Assembly: GCA_034521025.1 (NCBI GenBank)
Contig: JAXHMZ010000005.1
Coordinates: 26,352 to 90,351, forward strand
Direction of reading: 5' to 3'
Origin: Candidatus Campbellbacteria bacterium
GTDB taxonomy: Bacteria; Patescibacteriota; Minisyncoccia; Phycocordibacterales; JAXHMZ01
DNA length: 64,000 bases
Shown: in pieces, positions 47,290-57,715 of the stretch
Numbering within the stretch: the stretch's first letter is position 1
Layout of the letters: the number at the start of each line of letters is the position of its first letter
Program-made: the position numbers and the translations under genes
Notes under the pieces: model-generated
The model's database searches: none
Told to the model about the DNA's origin: nothing
Seen by the model: the letters and a program-made list of their open reading frames with translations, nothing else

Positions 47290-48532
47290 AGGCGTTGACG
47301 TTCAAAAGCTCCCCTAAGTACATCACCTCTAACATTTTCCATTGCATAAAAGCGCCTATTTCAAATTCATCGACACTTTCAAGAGTACAGCTAAGAAACG
47401 GCAAGCCCGATTTGACATACGCGCTCTCTGCTCCGCGTATCAACGCTTCAAGAACTTCCTCAAGAGTCCGACCTTGCGTTAATCCAGAGAACGCTCCGGA
47501 GGTCGGAATATCAAATTCTTCAGAACCAAGATCTCTACTGACAAAGGTCGTGATCTTGTCGCGCGGTCCTCCCAGAGTAAGCTGGCCCACGGAATGAAGA
47601 TCGGTTGAACCGATCGACACCGTAGGAGTATAGCCGATCCTTCTTTCGTTGCCGTCACGATCCATTCTTTTTCCTATACTTTCCGCCAACAACTGACGAT
47701 ACCATTTGCCCAAATACTCAAAAGAGGGGTCAAAAATGAACGTATCGTGGATGCGGCAACCTTCTTCGTAATGGTGTGCGAGCATAATAGCGGAATGCAT
47801 AGCCGGATTATCTGTTTGTGACAAAGACCGATCACGCATTTCTCGCGCTCCCGCGTGAAGTTTTTCAATATCAAAACCTAAACAAGCCAACGGGAATAGA
47901 CCTACTGCCGACATCACCGAATACCGGCCACCAACTACCTTAGGAATTTCAAGTAAGCTAAAACCTTCTTCTCTCGCGACACTCGCCAATGAAGAATCCG
48001 GATCGGTTATGGCGACCAGCCTCTCTTTTGCCACCTCCCCGAATTTCTCAAACAGCTTGTCCGTAAGCAAACTAGCGTTCGCGACAGTTTCGGTTGTGGT
48101 TCCCGATTTGCTTACAACACAAATAAGTATTTCCGAAGCTGAATTTACTTTATTCAAGATCTGAAACAAAGATTCCATATAGCGGCTGTCTGTCGTTTCG
48201 AGAAAAAGCACACTGGGGTGAGAGTTGCTCAGTAGTTTGTTGTAGTAACCTCCCAAGGCCTCCGACACGGCTTCCGTGCCCAAGTTGGACCCGCCAATGC
48301 CGACTACTACCAAATAAGAAAGGCCATTTTTTGTTTTTTCATTGGCAAGCTCGGTTACGCTGTCGCGAATTCCCGAGTCGTCGGGAAGATTTATCGAGCT
48401 TTCGGGGCTGGAATAATCAGCTGCGGCAACCACTTCATTCAAGTGTTTTTGATATGATTCCAATTTGCGACCTATGGTCTCAATTTCTTCTGCGGGTACT
48501 AAAGTATTTTCAAATTCAAATTTCATAAGCAA
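47210..48532 (-). CDS. pgi: Glucose-6-phosphate isomerase
   Basis: 'LVVVGIGGSNLGTEAV' SIS-domain motif, PGI family. Confidence 0.85.
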   Translation of the reverse strand: MLMKFEFENTLVPAEEIETIGRKLESYQKHLNEVVAAADYSSPESSINLPDDSGIRDSVTELANEKTKNGLSYLVVVGIGGSNLGTEAVSEALGGYYNKLLSNSHPSVLFLETTDSRYMESLFQILNKVNSASEILICVVSKSGTTTETVANASLLTDKLFEKFGEVAKERLVAITDPDSSLASVAREEGFSLLEIPKVVGGRYSVMSAVGLFPLACLGFDIEKLHAGAREMRDRSLSQTDNPAMHSAIMLAHHYEEGCRIHDTFIFDPSFEYLGKWYRQLLAESIGKRMDRDGNERRIGYTPTVSIGSTDLHSVGQLTLGGPRDKITTFVSRDLGSEEFDIPTSGAFSGLTQGRTLEEVLEALIRGAESAYVKSGLPFLSCTLESVDEFEIGAFMQWKMLEVMYLGELLNVNAFDQPEVESYKKATRSILENGQETQGQ

Positions 48533-48545
48533 AATTGCAGATTAT

Positions 48546-49103
48546 TTAAGCTCCTCCTTCATTTCTATAACTATTTCTCGAAGAGTTTCTTTGGAGTGAG
48601 TTGATGACTTGCTTAAGGTGGGTCGGCGCCGGAGCTCCCTTCATTTCAAAGTAGCGGTTTTCTCCCGCGGTCTGCACGTGAATAGTGCCAAAATTAAGAA
48701 AGGTAGAGATGACGCCGTGAACCTCGATCGTAACATCTTGGATACGCTCCGCGCGAAAAGTGGAGATCTCACGACGGAAGAAACCGTGTTGTTCAATATC
48801 CAAAATGCGCTCATTAGTTATTATCCAGACATCAAGATAATAGTCAGTCCAAATTATAAATGCCCATATCCATATGAAAAAGAACCAAAGGATCAATCCC
48901 AGCAATAAATAAGCTCCGTCTATCGAGTCAAACATAGAAAGTTGGTTTTCCGTCCCCCACGCTCCCATAAGGAAGTTGATAAGGTAATAGACAACCAGAG
49001 GTAAAAACAGCAACAAAAATAGTGAGAAAATACGACTCACTAGTACAAACCAGTGTTTGCGTATCACCATATCTATTTTTTCTCCTTCGTGAAGATCGAT
49101 CAT
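48546..49103 (-). CDS. Membrane protein with bacterial PH (bPH_2/YdbS-like) domain
   Basis: 2 TM helices + 'FRAERIQDVTIEVHGVISTFLNFGTIHVQTAGE'. Confidence 0.6.
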   Translation of the reverse strand: MIDLHEGEKIDMVIRKHWFVLVSRIFSLFLLLFLPLVVYYLINFLMGAWGTENQLSMFDSIDGAYLLLGLILWFFFIWIWAFIIWTDYYLDVWIITNERILDIEQHGFFRREISTFRAERIQDVTIEVHGVISTFLNFGTIHVQTAGENRYFEMKGAPAPTHLKQVINSLQRNSSRNSYRNEGGA

Positions 49104-49106
49104 AGA

Positions 49107-49367
49107 CTAAAGAGTTATAGAAAGAATTAGCAAAACCAAAGAAAGAATAAAGACCCCGGATACCGAAAAGTATATTATGATCATACGGCGTACTACTTCT
49201 TTACCGAGCGCGTATTTCCGCCAATGGAAAACGAGGATAGAGCTTATAACGGCAAACAAAACCAATACCGCCAAAAGAGCCCACCATAACAACTGCGGTG
49301 TTATGAATTCGGACACGTTTATACTTTCTAGATTCTCGGCTATCTGTCCGGGAAGATCTCCTTCCAT
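49107..49367 (-). CDS. Small membrane protein (hypothetical)
   Basis: 86 aa, two hydrophobic helices. Confidence 0.4.
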   Translation of the reverse strand: MEGDLPGQIAENLESINVSEFITPQLLWWALLAVLVLFAVISSILVFHWRKYALGKEVVRRMIIIYFSVSGVFILSLVLLILSITL

Positions 49368-49412
49368 ACTACAAGCATATCACGAAATAATTGCTTCTAG
49401 TGATATACTACT

Positions 49413-49850
49413 GTGATGAAAGAGAGAGTTAAAATGATAGCAAAGAGCGAGGAAGATCTTTCTTCGGTAAGCGCTCCCCTATTTACAGACAGGCCACAAG
49501 CCGGTTTTCCGTCTCCGGCTGATGACTCCGTAGAAAGATCACTTGATCTCAATAATTACATAATAAAAAACCCGGCCACTACTTTTTTCGTGCGTGCCGA
49601 AGGAGACTCGATGAAAGAAGCTGGTATTTTTTCCGGAGACATACTGGTGGTCGACAGATCACTTGAACCAAAACCCGGCAATATCGTCATAGCCGCCGTA
49701 TTTGATGAATTGACCATAAAAAGACTGGAGAAAAAAGGTGGCGACTATTTCCTTGTGGCTGAAAATTCTGAGTATGAGCCCATCAAACTAACCGAGGAAA
49801 TGGAGTCCACTGTTTGGGGAGTTGTAACCAATTCGGTGCGCTCATTTTAA
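49413..49850 (+). CDS. umuD: UmuD-like S24 peptidase (LexA-type autoprotease, no HTH)
   Basis: Ala-Gly cleavage site 'RPQAGFPSP', Ser 'EGDSMKEAGI', Lys 'TIKRLEKK'. Confidence 0.8.
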   Translation: MMKERVKMIAKSEEDLSSVSAPLFTDRPQAGFPSPADDSVERSLDLNNYIIKNPATTFFVRAEGDSMKEAGIFSGDILVVDRSLEPKPGNIVIAAVFDELTIKRLEKKGGDYFLVAENSEYEPIKLTEEMESTVWGVVTNSVRSF

Positions 49851-49862
49851 AGCGCTAGCCCT

Positions 49863-51122
49863 ATGAATAAAAGAACTTACACTGCTCTGGTAGATTGCAA
49901 CAATTTCTTCGTATCCTGCGAGCGACTTTTTCGTCCCGAGCTAGGAGAAAGGCCGGTAGTTGTATTGTCCAATAACGACGGTTGCGTGGTAGCCCGCTCT
50001 AATGAAGTGAAAAGAATGGGTATCCCGATGGGAGCACCCTATTTTCAGGTAAAAGATTCTTTGAAACAAAAAGGAGTTACCGTCTTCTCCGGTAACTTTT
50101 CCCTTTACAACGATTTGTCCAAGAGAGTTATGAGCGTGATCGATGATTGTGCAGAAGAGATAGAAGTTTATTCCATAGACGAGAGCTTCGTAACTCTCAG
50201 AGGCGACAAGTTAGAGGTGGAACGTCAAGCTCGCGAAATAAAGAAACGAGTGGAGCGCGGTACGGGCATCCCTGTTTCGATCGGCGTATCTTCAAGTAAG
50301 ACGCTGGCCAAGCTCGCGAGCGAGAAAGCAAAAAGCACGGGGGTCTTTATGATCTCTGAAGATGAACGCGAGGCAATTCTCAGAGAAACCGATGTCGGTG
50401 AAATATGGGGTGTGGGAAGACAACTGCGCTCCAGGCTATCAAGCTCTAATATAGTCTCGGCTCTCGCCTTGGCGGAATCTAGCGATCAATGGCTTCGCGC
50501 CACACTCGGATTATCCGGACTCAGGGTGGCTTACGAGTTGCGCGGAGTAAAAGCGCTATCTGACGACCACCTTCGTAAAGACAAGAAGGCAATAATATCT
50601 TCGCGTTCATTCGGAAAAAAGACCCGCCAAAAGAAAGACCTGGAAGAGTCGGTTGCTCATCACATAACCAACGCGGCACGAAAGATGCGAAAACAATGTA
50701 GCGCGGCAAAGTATGTGTCAGTCACGATCAGCGTGCAAGAAAGGAGCAACAAAAAAAGCCTTTCTGGCTTTCGCGATCTTTTATATCACACGAACGATTC
50801 TCTGGAGTTGATCAAACACGCCCACGACATACTCTCGGAGATCTATCAGGACAATTCATTGTACTGTAAAGCCGGCGTTCTTTTGTCTGATTTTACTCAA
50901 ATCGAACTTGCTCCCGAAAAAACTCTGTTTGAGGATCTAAAAACAAAAGACAGAAAAGAGCTTATGGATACCCTTGACACTATCGAGAAAAAGCACGGCC
51001 AAAACGCGCTTTTCTCCGCGGCTGTGGGTATAAGACAAAGCTGGTCTTTGCGGAGTGAGTTTTCTTCTCCGGCTTATACTACCCAATGGAAAAGTCTTCC
51101 TAGTGTCAAAACAAGCCCTTAA
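49863..51122 (+). CDS. umuC: Y-family error-prone DNA polymerase (UmuC/DinB-like)
   Basis: 'YTALVDCNNFFVSCERLFRPELGERPVVVLSNNDGCVVARSNEVKRMGI' canonical N-terminus. Confidence 0.85.
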   Translation: MNKRTYTALVDCNNFFVSCERLFRPELGERPVVVLSNNDGCVVARSNEVKRMGIPMGAPYFQVKDSLKQKGVTVFSGNFSLYNDLSKRVMSVIDDCAEEIEVYSIDESFVTLRGDKLEVERQAREIKKRVERGTGIPVSIGVSSSKTLAKLASEKAKSTGVFMISEDEREAILRETDVGEIWGVGRQLRSRLSSSNIVSALALAESSDQWLRATLGLSGLRVAYELRGVKALSDDHLRKDKKAIISSRSFGKKTRQKKDLEESVAHHITNAARKMRKQCSAAKYVSVTISVQERSNKKSLSGFRDLLYHTNDSLELIKHAHDILSEIYQDNSLYCKAGVLLSDFTQIELAPEKTLFEDLKTKDRKELMDTLDTIEKKHGQNALFSAAVGIRQSWSLRSEFSSPAYTTQWKSLPSVKTSP

Positions 51123-51137
51123 AGTCGGGTATTTCCC

Positions 51138-51177
51138 AAATTTAAATGCTTCAATCTATAGATTGAAGCATTTAAAT
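51138..51177. repeat. Perfect palindrome copy 3 (core 51144..51171), extended to a 40-nt perfect palindrome by AT-rich arms
   Basis: Between convergent umuC and S9 peptidase genes; plausible bidirectional terminator. Confidence 0.9.
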
Positions 51178-51202
51178 TGAAAATAGACAGCTAAACTCCT
51201 AG

Positions 51203-53047
51203 CTAAATTTCGCAGAGGGATTCAGAAAGACTGAAGACTTCGGCTGTTCTTTGGCACAAATCGAGTAGATTCTCGCTTTTTAGGATCGTGTGTCCTTCTT
51301 CTTCATAATTCACAAGCTCTACGTTCTTGCCTTCTTCTTCGGCAAAAGAGTAAAACTCCGTAGATTGCCACGTTGGCACTGTCGCATCATCTTCACCGTA
51401 TACGAGAAGTATTTTTTCGTCGTCAATGTTATCCAAACGACTCATTATAGAAGCCGCTTCGTACTTGTCTTCATTGTCTCTGTTTGGAGTGCCGTCAAAG
51501 TAGGTTTTGAACGGAGACGAAGGGATCCTTGAAATAAGACTCTCCCAATCAAGTACACCTGACAAAGATACTACGGCATCAATTTCTTCCGGGTCTTCCA
51601 CAAGAGTTCGAGCACCCAGATATCCACCGTAGCTGTTACCAAGCAAGTACACGTTGCTTATGTCCCTTTCCTTTTTGATCTCTTCTATAGACTTAAGAAC
51701 ATCACTTACATCCGCTACGCCTAAGTTGTCATCAAGTCTTTCGCGTAGCTCTTCGCCGTGTCCCCAACTACCGGCATAGTCGATCTTTAGTACATTAGCC
51801 TCTTCGGCGAAACGCTCGAGAAATTCATCGTAAACCGCGTACCCATAGAAGGTATGGTAACCGATAGAGGTCTGCCTCATTGGACCGCCGTGAAGCCAAA
51901 CGATCAAAGGAAGTTCTCCGGTTTCTCCTTCAGGAGTTAAAAGAACTCCGGGTACGCCATCAAGATCTACCGCGGTTCGCGTTATCTTATCGGAAGCTTC
52001 TCGCGGTTCTACCGCAGACAGCACCGTGCGCTTCTCTCCTTCCCGCGCGTCTGGCTCATAGATGATCACATTTTTGTTTGTACCGTCTACTTTTTCGTAC
52101 ATTAGGGCGCTGTGTGTCTTTTTGAGGTTGCCGTACCAGTCGTCATAACCCACATCACTATCAACTACCTCGGTTTCTCCTGACTCGGGATCATAGGAAT
52201 AAAGATTCCAAATGTACGGACCGGAGGGACCCTCCTCAGAGTTTGCTATGTAATAAAGAGTGTCGCCGATAAACTCATACTCAACCACGGTATAGTCGCC
52301 TTCGTTAACCTCTTCTTTGTCCTCCAAGTCATCGATAGGAGCGACAAAAAGCTTTTTGAATCCGTCTACCTCTTCCAGATAGGCCACCCGTTCTTCTCTA
52401 TTATCAAAAACCACATAGCTCGGGGTTTCGGTAGAAATTGACATTTCCTTACCATTAATTAGATTCCATATTTTATGCTCATCGTCTCCTCCGTAATAAG
52501 CCGTTATGTACTTGCCATGCTCCGAGAGGCTTATATATGGGTAATAGGTTTTTTCTGTTGAAATTTCAGAGATCTTTCCGGTTGATACCTGATACCTTGT
52601 TATTTCACCGCCATTACCAACAAAAACCACCGCGTCGTTCGCGTAGGTTATAGAAGTCCTAATAGATGGTCCATTGTAAGGTATTAAACTAATGAAAGAA
52701 GAATCGTCACCGTCCACGGCGTACAAAGCGCGGTATGTGTTGTCACCAATTTCGGCAAGCTTAACTACCGCGCGATGACCGTCAACGCTTTTTTCGTAGT
52801 CAGTCTTTCCGAGAATTTCCGGAAAAACTTGCGGGGCATCATTGTCCTCGTTTTCATCGTATAAAAGCTCTCCGCACTGTCCACTAAAGTCACAGACAGA
52901 GAAAGTATATCCGTCGGTCGTTCTGTATTTCAAAATTACCTCATCACCCACGATGTCTTCCACACTGGCATAGTTAACCTGATAAGCATCCGCTACATTC
53001 GGAGCAATCAAGAATACCGGCACTATTAAGAGAATTAATTTTTTCAT
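51203..53047 (-). CDS. S9-family serine peptidase (beta-propeller + alpha/beta hydrolase)
   Basis: Signal peptide; 'VYLLGNSYGGYLG' GxSxGG nucleophile elbow. Confidence 0.8.
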   Translation of the reverse strand: MKKLILLIVPVFLIAPNVADAYQVNYASVEDIVGDEVILKYRTTDGYTFSVCDFSGQCGELLYDENEDNDAPQVFPEILGKTDYEKSVDGHRAVVKLAEIGDNTYRALYAVDGDDSSFISLIPYNGPSIRTSITYANDAVVFVGNGGEITRYQVSTGKISEISTEKTYYPYISLSEHGKYITAYYGGDDEHKIWNLINGKEMSISTETPSYVVFDNREERVAYLEEVDGFKKLFVAPIDDLEDKEEVNEGDYTVVEYEFIGDTLYYIANSEEGPSGPYIWNLYSYDPESGETEVVDSDVGYDDWYGNLKKTHSALMYEKVDGTNKNVIIYEPDAREGEKRTVLSAVEPREASDKITRTAVDLDGVPGVLLTPEGETGELPLIVWLHGGPMRQTSIGYHTFYGYAVYDEFLERFAEEANVLKIDYAGSWGHGEELRERLDDNLGVADVSDVLKSIEEIKKERDISNVYLLGNSYGGYLGARTLVEDPEEIDAVVSLSGVLDWESLISRIPSSPFKTYFDGTPNRDNEDKYEAASIMSRLDNIDDEKILLVYGEDDATVPTWQSTEFYSFAEEEGKNVELVNYEEEGHTILKSENLLDLCQRTAEVFSLSESLCEI

Positions 53048-53193
53048 AACTTTTATTTATTTTTAAACCCGCTTCTATACCCTACTGAAGACGATCGATC
53101 ATCTTCGCTTCTTACTTAACACAGTACCACGTCTCGCCCTAATTTATAAATCAAATAAAGAAATGTTGAGTATATCCGCTCCTTTTACATTGC

Positions 53194-54213
53194 TCATTGA
53201 GATGAAGGCAATGTGAACTTGCACGTACCGCTAATATCGCCGAGTACCCTGTCGCAAAGCGCGGTACGATTTTCTCCCTCATAGAAAGACGGCTGATTGC
53301 CTGAGATCAAAAACGGATAAACTCTAAAATCCGTTGCTTCTTCCTTGAAGACAACTTCTACGCCGGCGCCGGTACGATTTTCCTCTAATATTTGATCAAA
53401 AATAAAATTCCCGAGTGAATAGAATACAACCGAATCTTCAATTATCTCCGCGGGCTGCAACACGTGCGGATGGTGACCAATAATAAGATCGGCTCCGGAA
53501 GCCACCAATGCACGCGCGAGTGTTGTTTGATTTTGGTTTGGCTCTGTCTCATATTCATTGCCCCAGTGCATATACACAACCACCACATCAGCGACAGAGC
53601 TTGCCTCCGCAACCTCTTTTATCATCATTTCCTCAGAGTGAGAGTTCATGGTGGTATCAAAACCCAAAAATGCGACAGTCCTGTCATTTATCTCTTGATA
53701 ATGAACAGTTGGTTTGGGGTTAAAACCTCCAAAATCATCTATTCCGTTTTCGGAAAGTATTCTTTTAGTGTCTTTCTCTCCCTCTTCATAGCAATCCAGC
53801 GTGTGGTTGTTTGAAATACTTACGGCAGTAATTCCAGCGCTTTTAAGTAAAGAGACATATTCCGGCTCAAACCGAAATGTATACGGTTTTTCTTGGCATT
53901 CTTGGGAGTCGGTAAATGGACCCTCAAGATTAACCGCTACAACGTCAAAAGCCCCCATTCTGATCGTATCTTTCACATTTTCAAAAGGATCAACGCCGGA
54001 TTTAATAGAGGCCTCCACTCCCCGATCAAGCATCAGGTCACCAAAATGTATCGTTTTTATCGGTATACTTACTCCAGAGCTATCTTCTGTTTTCTTTTCA
54101 GTTGTATTTTGAGAGGAAATAGTCGCAACCTCTTCACGCTTCGTTTCTTGAAAGAAAATGGTGGAGAACACCGATAGATTGACCAACAGAAGCAGGAGGA
54201 TGATTTTTCGCAT
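53194..54213 (-). CDS. CapA/PGA_cap-family metallophosphatase-like protein
   Basis: 'VVVVYMHWGNEY' and 'ADLIIGHHPHVLQPAEI' motifs. Confidence 0.75.
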   Translation of the reverse strand: MRKIILLLLLVNLSVFSTIFFQETKREEVATISSQNTTEKKTEDSSGVSIPIKTIHFGDLMLDRGVEASIKSGVDPFENVKDTIRMGAFDVVAVNLEGPFTDSQECQEKPYTFRFEPEYVSLLKSAGITAVSISNNHTLDCYEEGEKDTKRILSENGIDDFGGFNPKPTVHYQEINDRTVAFLGFDTTMNSHSEEMMIKEVAEASSVADVVVVYMHWGNEYETEPNQNQTTLARALVASGADLIIGHHPHVLQPAEIIEDSVVFYSLGNFIFDQILEENRTGAGVEVVFKEEATDFRVYPFLISGNQPSFYEGENRTALCDRVLGDISGTCKFTLPSSQ

Positions 54214-56171
54214 TGCCCACAGTATACTACATCCACACTCGCAAAAAGAAGTTTTTTGATATACTTATAACAATGAATCAAGACGGAAATTCCCCAAACA
54301 GTCCTCAGAACTTCAGCGCCGGTACTTCCGGCAGCAGTCCTACTAAAGGCAGGGGTTTGCGCACTCTAGAGCAAGATATGGAAGCTCTCAAAAAACGCGG
54401 CTTGCGCGGAGGAGAGAATAAACAAAAGAAAGAACAAAGCGAGCAACACGGCACGCAAAACGAAGCAAAACCAGCAGAGCCGCCGACCGCTCCCAAAGCT
54501 AAAGTCGGAAAAGAACAGGATCAAAGCGGCTCAAATACAGGGGTGCCGGAGCGACCTAACAACCCTCGCAAAACACACTACAAAGAAGAGTTGGATAAAC
54601 TGGCTGATCTATATATTCCAAGTAAAAAGCCAGCTAAAGATGATGAAGACAAAGGAAGGGCTGAAGATCTTAAAAGCAAAACCACCGAAGAAAGAGAGAG
54701 TCCGGACCTTGAAGGCAAATCTGAAGAGAAGGAAGACGGCACTGACGACGCAATAAAATCGTTTGAAAGCAACAAGGAATTTAACGAAAAACTGCACAAA
54801 CAACGCACTGAGAAAGAAACCGAGACCAAATCGGCAGAGAAAGGATCTAAAGAAGAGACGAAAGAGAAAGACGATGAAAAAGAAGAGGCTTCAACTGAGA
54901 AAAACTTGAGCGCGACTGAAGCTATTCAAAAAACACACAAAAAAGAAGAATCTGACAAAGACAAGACTGAAGAAAAGAAAGACAAAAAGGAGGAGAAGTT
55001 TAAAGATCTTTCCGAAGAAGAGATCACAAAACAAATAAACGAAGTTCTCGGAAAGAACAAGGGGGTTTCAGAAGAAAACGAGAAGCAAGACGAAGAAACT
55101 GAAGAGCTTTATGAAGAGGCTACAGTAGAAGACCTTGAATCGTCTATCTCTACCCTTTCAACACAAATTACTTCAAGCTCTTCACGAATTGAGACTCTAC
55201 AAGACGACAAGAAGGACGTCTCTGAGACATTAGATAACCTCAAAGAGCGCCGAGAAATAATCGACAAGAACTTAGAACCGATCAAAGACAAAGAAGAAGA
55301 AATAACAAAAGAGATCAAAGAACTGGAAGGAGCTGAGGCTAACTCCAGTAATAAAGCTGAAAAGCGCGATGCTGAACGCAAACGCTGGAAGAAAGAAAGA
55401 GAACGAAGAGAAATGGAAGACGATCGTTGGCGTCTAGAAGAAATATATGAAAAATTGCGACACATCATCGAAAAAACTGAAAACGAACTGAGCTCGATCG
55501 AAAACAAACTAAGAGACGAAAGAGAGAGAAAACAGAACTTAGAAAGCGAAAAAGAGGAAACTACTACCCACCGAGACTTGTTGGTCAAGAAGAATGAGAA
55601 GAAAAAAGCTGAATCAGAACGCGATGAAGCGCAGAAACAAATCTCCTCACTAAAAGAAGAGTTAAATGAGATCAGAGAAGAAGAAAAGAAGCTAGAAGAT
55701 CAAAAGCGTGATCTGGACGGGAGGATCACTAGCTCACACGATGCTAAGAAGCGCCGCGAAATGGGTGAAGAAAGACGGCAGGTTGAAGACAAACGACACG
55801 AAGTAGAAGAAGAGCGTTGGTCAAAAGAAGATAAGCTGAAAGAAGCTTATCGTAATAAAGACGAAAAGGATAAGAACCTCAATATGATCTCAAACGAGGT
55901 TAATTCCCTTAAGAAAAAGTTGGATGAATTAAAATCCGTAAGCGTAGATCTAAACAGCCGCGAACAAGAAAAAGAAAGCGAAAAAGAAAAGAACGAAGAA
56001 TATACAAGCGACCAAGACAAAGAAGAACACAACAACAACCATCTAGGCAATTTTAAAGAGGAGAACGAAAATAAAAAAGAACAAAACACGGAGAATCAAA
56101 AAGACGAGAGCGAAGAGAAGAAGAGTGAAGAAGATAATCAAAATAACGGATCTGAAGACAACAAAAAATAA
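54213..56171 (+). CDS. Very K/E-rich predicted coiled-coil protein (low complexity, hypothetical)
   Basis: 652 aa ORF with heptad-like runs of E/K/R/D; likely true start at MNQDG (54273). Confidence 0.5.
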   Translation: MPTVYYIHTRKKKFFDILITMNQDGNSPNSPQNFSAGTSGSSPTKGRGLRTLEQDMEALKKRGLRGGENKQKKEQSEQHGTQNEAKPAEPPTAPKAKVGKEQDQSGSNTGVPERPNNPRKTHYKEELDKLADLYIPSKKPAKDDEDKGRAEDLKSKTTEERESPDLEGKSEEKEDGTDDAIKSFESNKEFNEKLHKQRTEKETETKSAEKGSKEETKEKDDEKEEASTEKNLSATEAIQKTHKKEESDKDKTEEKKDKKEEKFKDLSEEEITKQINEVLGKNKGVSEENEKQDEETEELYEEATVEDLESSISTLSTQITSSSSRIETLQDDKKDVSETLDNLKERREIIDKNLEPIKDKEEEITKEIKELEGAEANSSNKAEKRDAERKRWKKERERREMEDDRWRLEEIYEKLRHIIEKTENELSSIENKLRDERERKQNLESEKEETTTHRDLLVKKNEKKKAESERDEAQKQISSLKEELNEIREEEKKLEDQKRDLDGRITSSHDAKKRREMGEERRQVEDKRHEVEEERWSKEDKLKEAYRNKDEKDKNLNMISNEVNSLKKKLDELKSVSVDLNSREQEKESEKEKNEEYTSDQDKEEHNNNHLGNFKEENENKKEQNTENQKDESEEKKSEEDNQNNGSEDNKK

Positions 56172-56205
56172 GCTTGTTGTTCCCTGTCGCGAGCAATAAA
56201 TAAAT

Positions 56206-56823
56206 ATGATGAAACTGTTCGCTTGCCTTAGCGTAAGGAATAATATAGTATCAGAGTATAATTTTTTTAAATTGTCTATGGAAGAACAAGCTAAATCACA
56301 AAAACATACATTACCCGGCGGGCCGTACAAAATGGATCCGCGCTACATTTGGTACTATATGATAGGACACACCGTTACACTTCTTTTTATTATAGTTTTA
56401 CTTATAGGAGGTATTTTTCTTGAATTAACAATTAATCTCACCTCTCCGGTCGTGGGTCTAATTTTATCGTTAATTCTAGTTCTGATACTTATACTAGGAG
56501 TCTATGGGTGGACTAGACTTGTCTATCATTTTTACCGATATGAGCTATGGGAGGATGAATTTCGAAAGGAATACGGAGTTATTAATAAGAAATACGCATC
56601 TATACCGTACGATCGTATTCAAAACGTTGATATAAGCCGCGGCTTGCTACAACGCATCTTTGGTCTTTCAGAAATTAGGATTCAAACTGCCGGCCAAAGC
56701 GGCTTGGTTATCGCCGAAGGAAGTCTACCCGGTCTTTCAAAAGAAAATGCCGAAGACCTTCGAGAACTACTCTTAGACATTTCACGCACCAGACGAACCA
56801 AAACTCAACAAGACGGTTTGTGA
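56206..56823 (+). CDS. Membrane protein with bPH_2 (YdbT/YdbS-like) domain
   Basis: 2 TM + 'YASIPYDRIQNVDISRGLLQRIFGLSEIRIQTAGQSG'. Confidence 0.6.
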   Translation: MMKLFACLSVRNNIVSEYNFFKLSMEEQAKSQKHTLPGGPYKMDPRYIWYYMIGHTVTLLFIIVLLIGGIFLELTINLTSPVVGLILSLILVLILILGVYGWTRLVYHFYRYELWEDEFRKEYGVINKKYASIPYDRIQNVDISRGLLQRIFGLSEIRIQTAGQSGLVIAEGSLPGLSKENAEDLRELLLDISRTRRTKTQQDGL

Positions 56824-56962
56824 CCCCTCTGCTCTCCCTAGGTTAAACCTAGGGAGGGTGAAAGAGTTTTCTCGACCTCTTTCCTGTTAGATTCCAGGTA
56901 GTATGATATAAAGCATTGCTTAAACTTAAAAGACTCGAGACAAGTCTCGAGTCTTTTTTAAT

Positions 56963-57036
56963 GGGTGCCTACCCGGAATCGAACCGGGGTCTGAAGCTCC
57001 ACAAGCTACCGTAATAACCGTTATACCATAGGCACC
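56963..57036 (-). tRNA. tRNA-His (anticodon GUG) with genomically encoded G-1 pairing C73; CCA not encoded
   Basis: Hand-folded: 8-bp acceptor GGUGCCUA/UAGGCACC, U8, T-arm CCCGG-UUCGAUU-CCGGG, anticodon loop UUGUGGA; one U-U mismatch in the anticodon stem. Confidence 0.75.
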
Positions 57037-57048
57037 ATATTTTGTTTT

Positions 57049-57627
57049 CTAGGTATAGTCTGGCGCTTTTTCGTCTATACCATAGATATAATTGGAGTAA
57101 CGCGCAAGTGCGTAAAGCAAAGAAGAAAGTCTATTCATATATTTCCGTGTTTGCTTGCTAACTTTCTTCTCCCCTGATTCGTGCAAAAGCACCACACGCC
57201 TTTCTGCTCTACGGGCGAGAGTTCGAGCTACATCAAAGCGAGACGCCAGCTCCGTACCTCCGGAAATAAAAAAAGTTTTTATCGGAGGAAGTTCTTTTTC
57301 AATACTATCTATGTAGTTCTCTATTTTCGTAACTTTATTTGCCGTGATCTTTTTATCTGCTCCGGCGAGCTCTGCTTGTACAATAAAAAGATTCCCTTGT
57401 ACCTCGTGCGCGACATCAGCCAACAGAACTTTTCGCCTTTTTTTGCCCTTTAACTCAAGAGAGTAATTCCATTTCCGTGCCTCTACCTTGCACGACCCTA
57501 GAAAGGAATTGATCTCATCCATTGACCCCAGAGCTTCCGCGCGTGGAGAGCTTTTCGTAATTCGCTCGCCCGGACCGGCGCTAAAGGTTTTTGTAGTGCC
57601 GTCGTCCCCTCGTCTCGTGTAAAGCAT
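57049..57627 (-). CDS. PduO-type ATP:cob(I)alamin adenosyltransferase
   Basis: 'LYTRRGDDGTTK', 'RAEALGSMDEINSFLG', 'NRLSSLLYALAR' family motifs. Confidence 0.8.
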   Translation of the reverse strand: MLYTRRGDDGTTKTFSAGPGERITKSSPRAEALGSMDEINSFLGSCKVEARKWNYSLELKGKKRRKVLLADVAHEVQGNLFIVQAELAGADKKITANKVTKIENYIDSIEKELPPIKTFFISGGTELASRFDVARTLARRAERRVVLLHESGEKKVSKQTRKYMNRLSSLLYALARYSNYIYGIDEKAPDYT

Positions 57628-57715
57628 TGGCGTTATAGTACCACAATTTTGACCATTGAAAAGAAAAGCCCACTCGATAATGAGACGGGTTATGTCTAGA
57701 GAATTTTATTAACTT

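Noticed and set aside
54213-56171. K/E-rich 652-aa ORF as a non-coding repetitive region
   Set aside because: One uninterrupted 1.96-kb frame with codon-level rather than nucleotide-level repetition. Consistent with a low-complexity coiled-coil protein.
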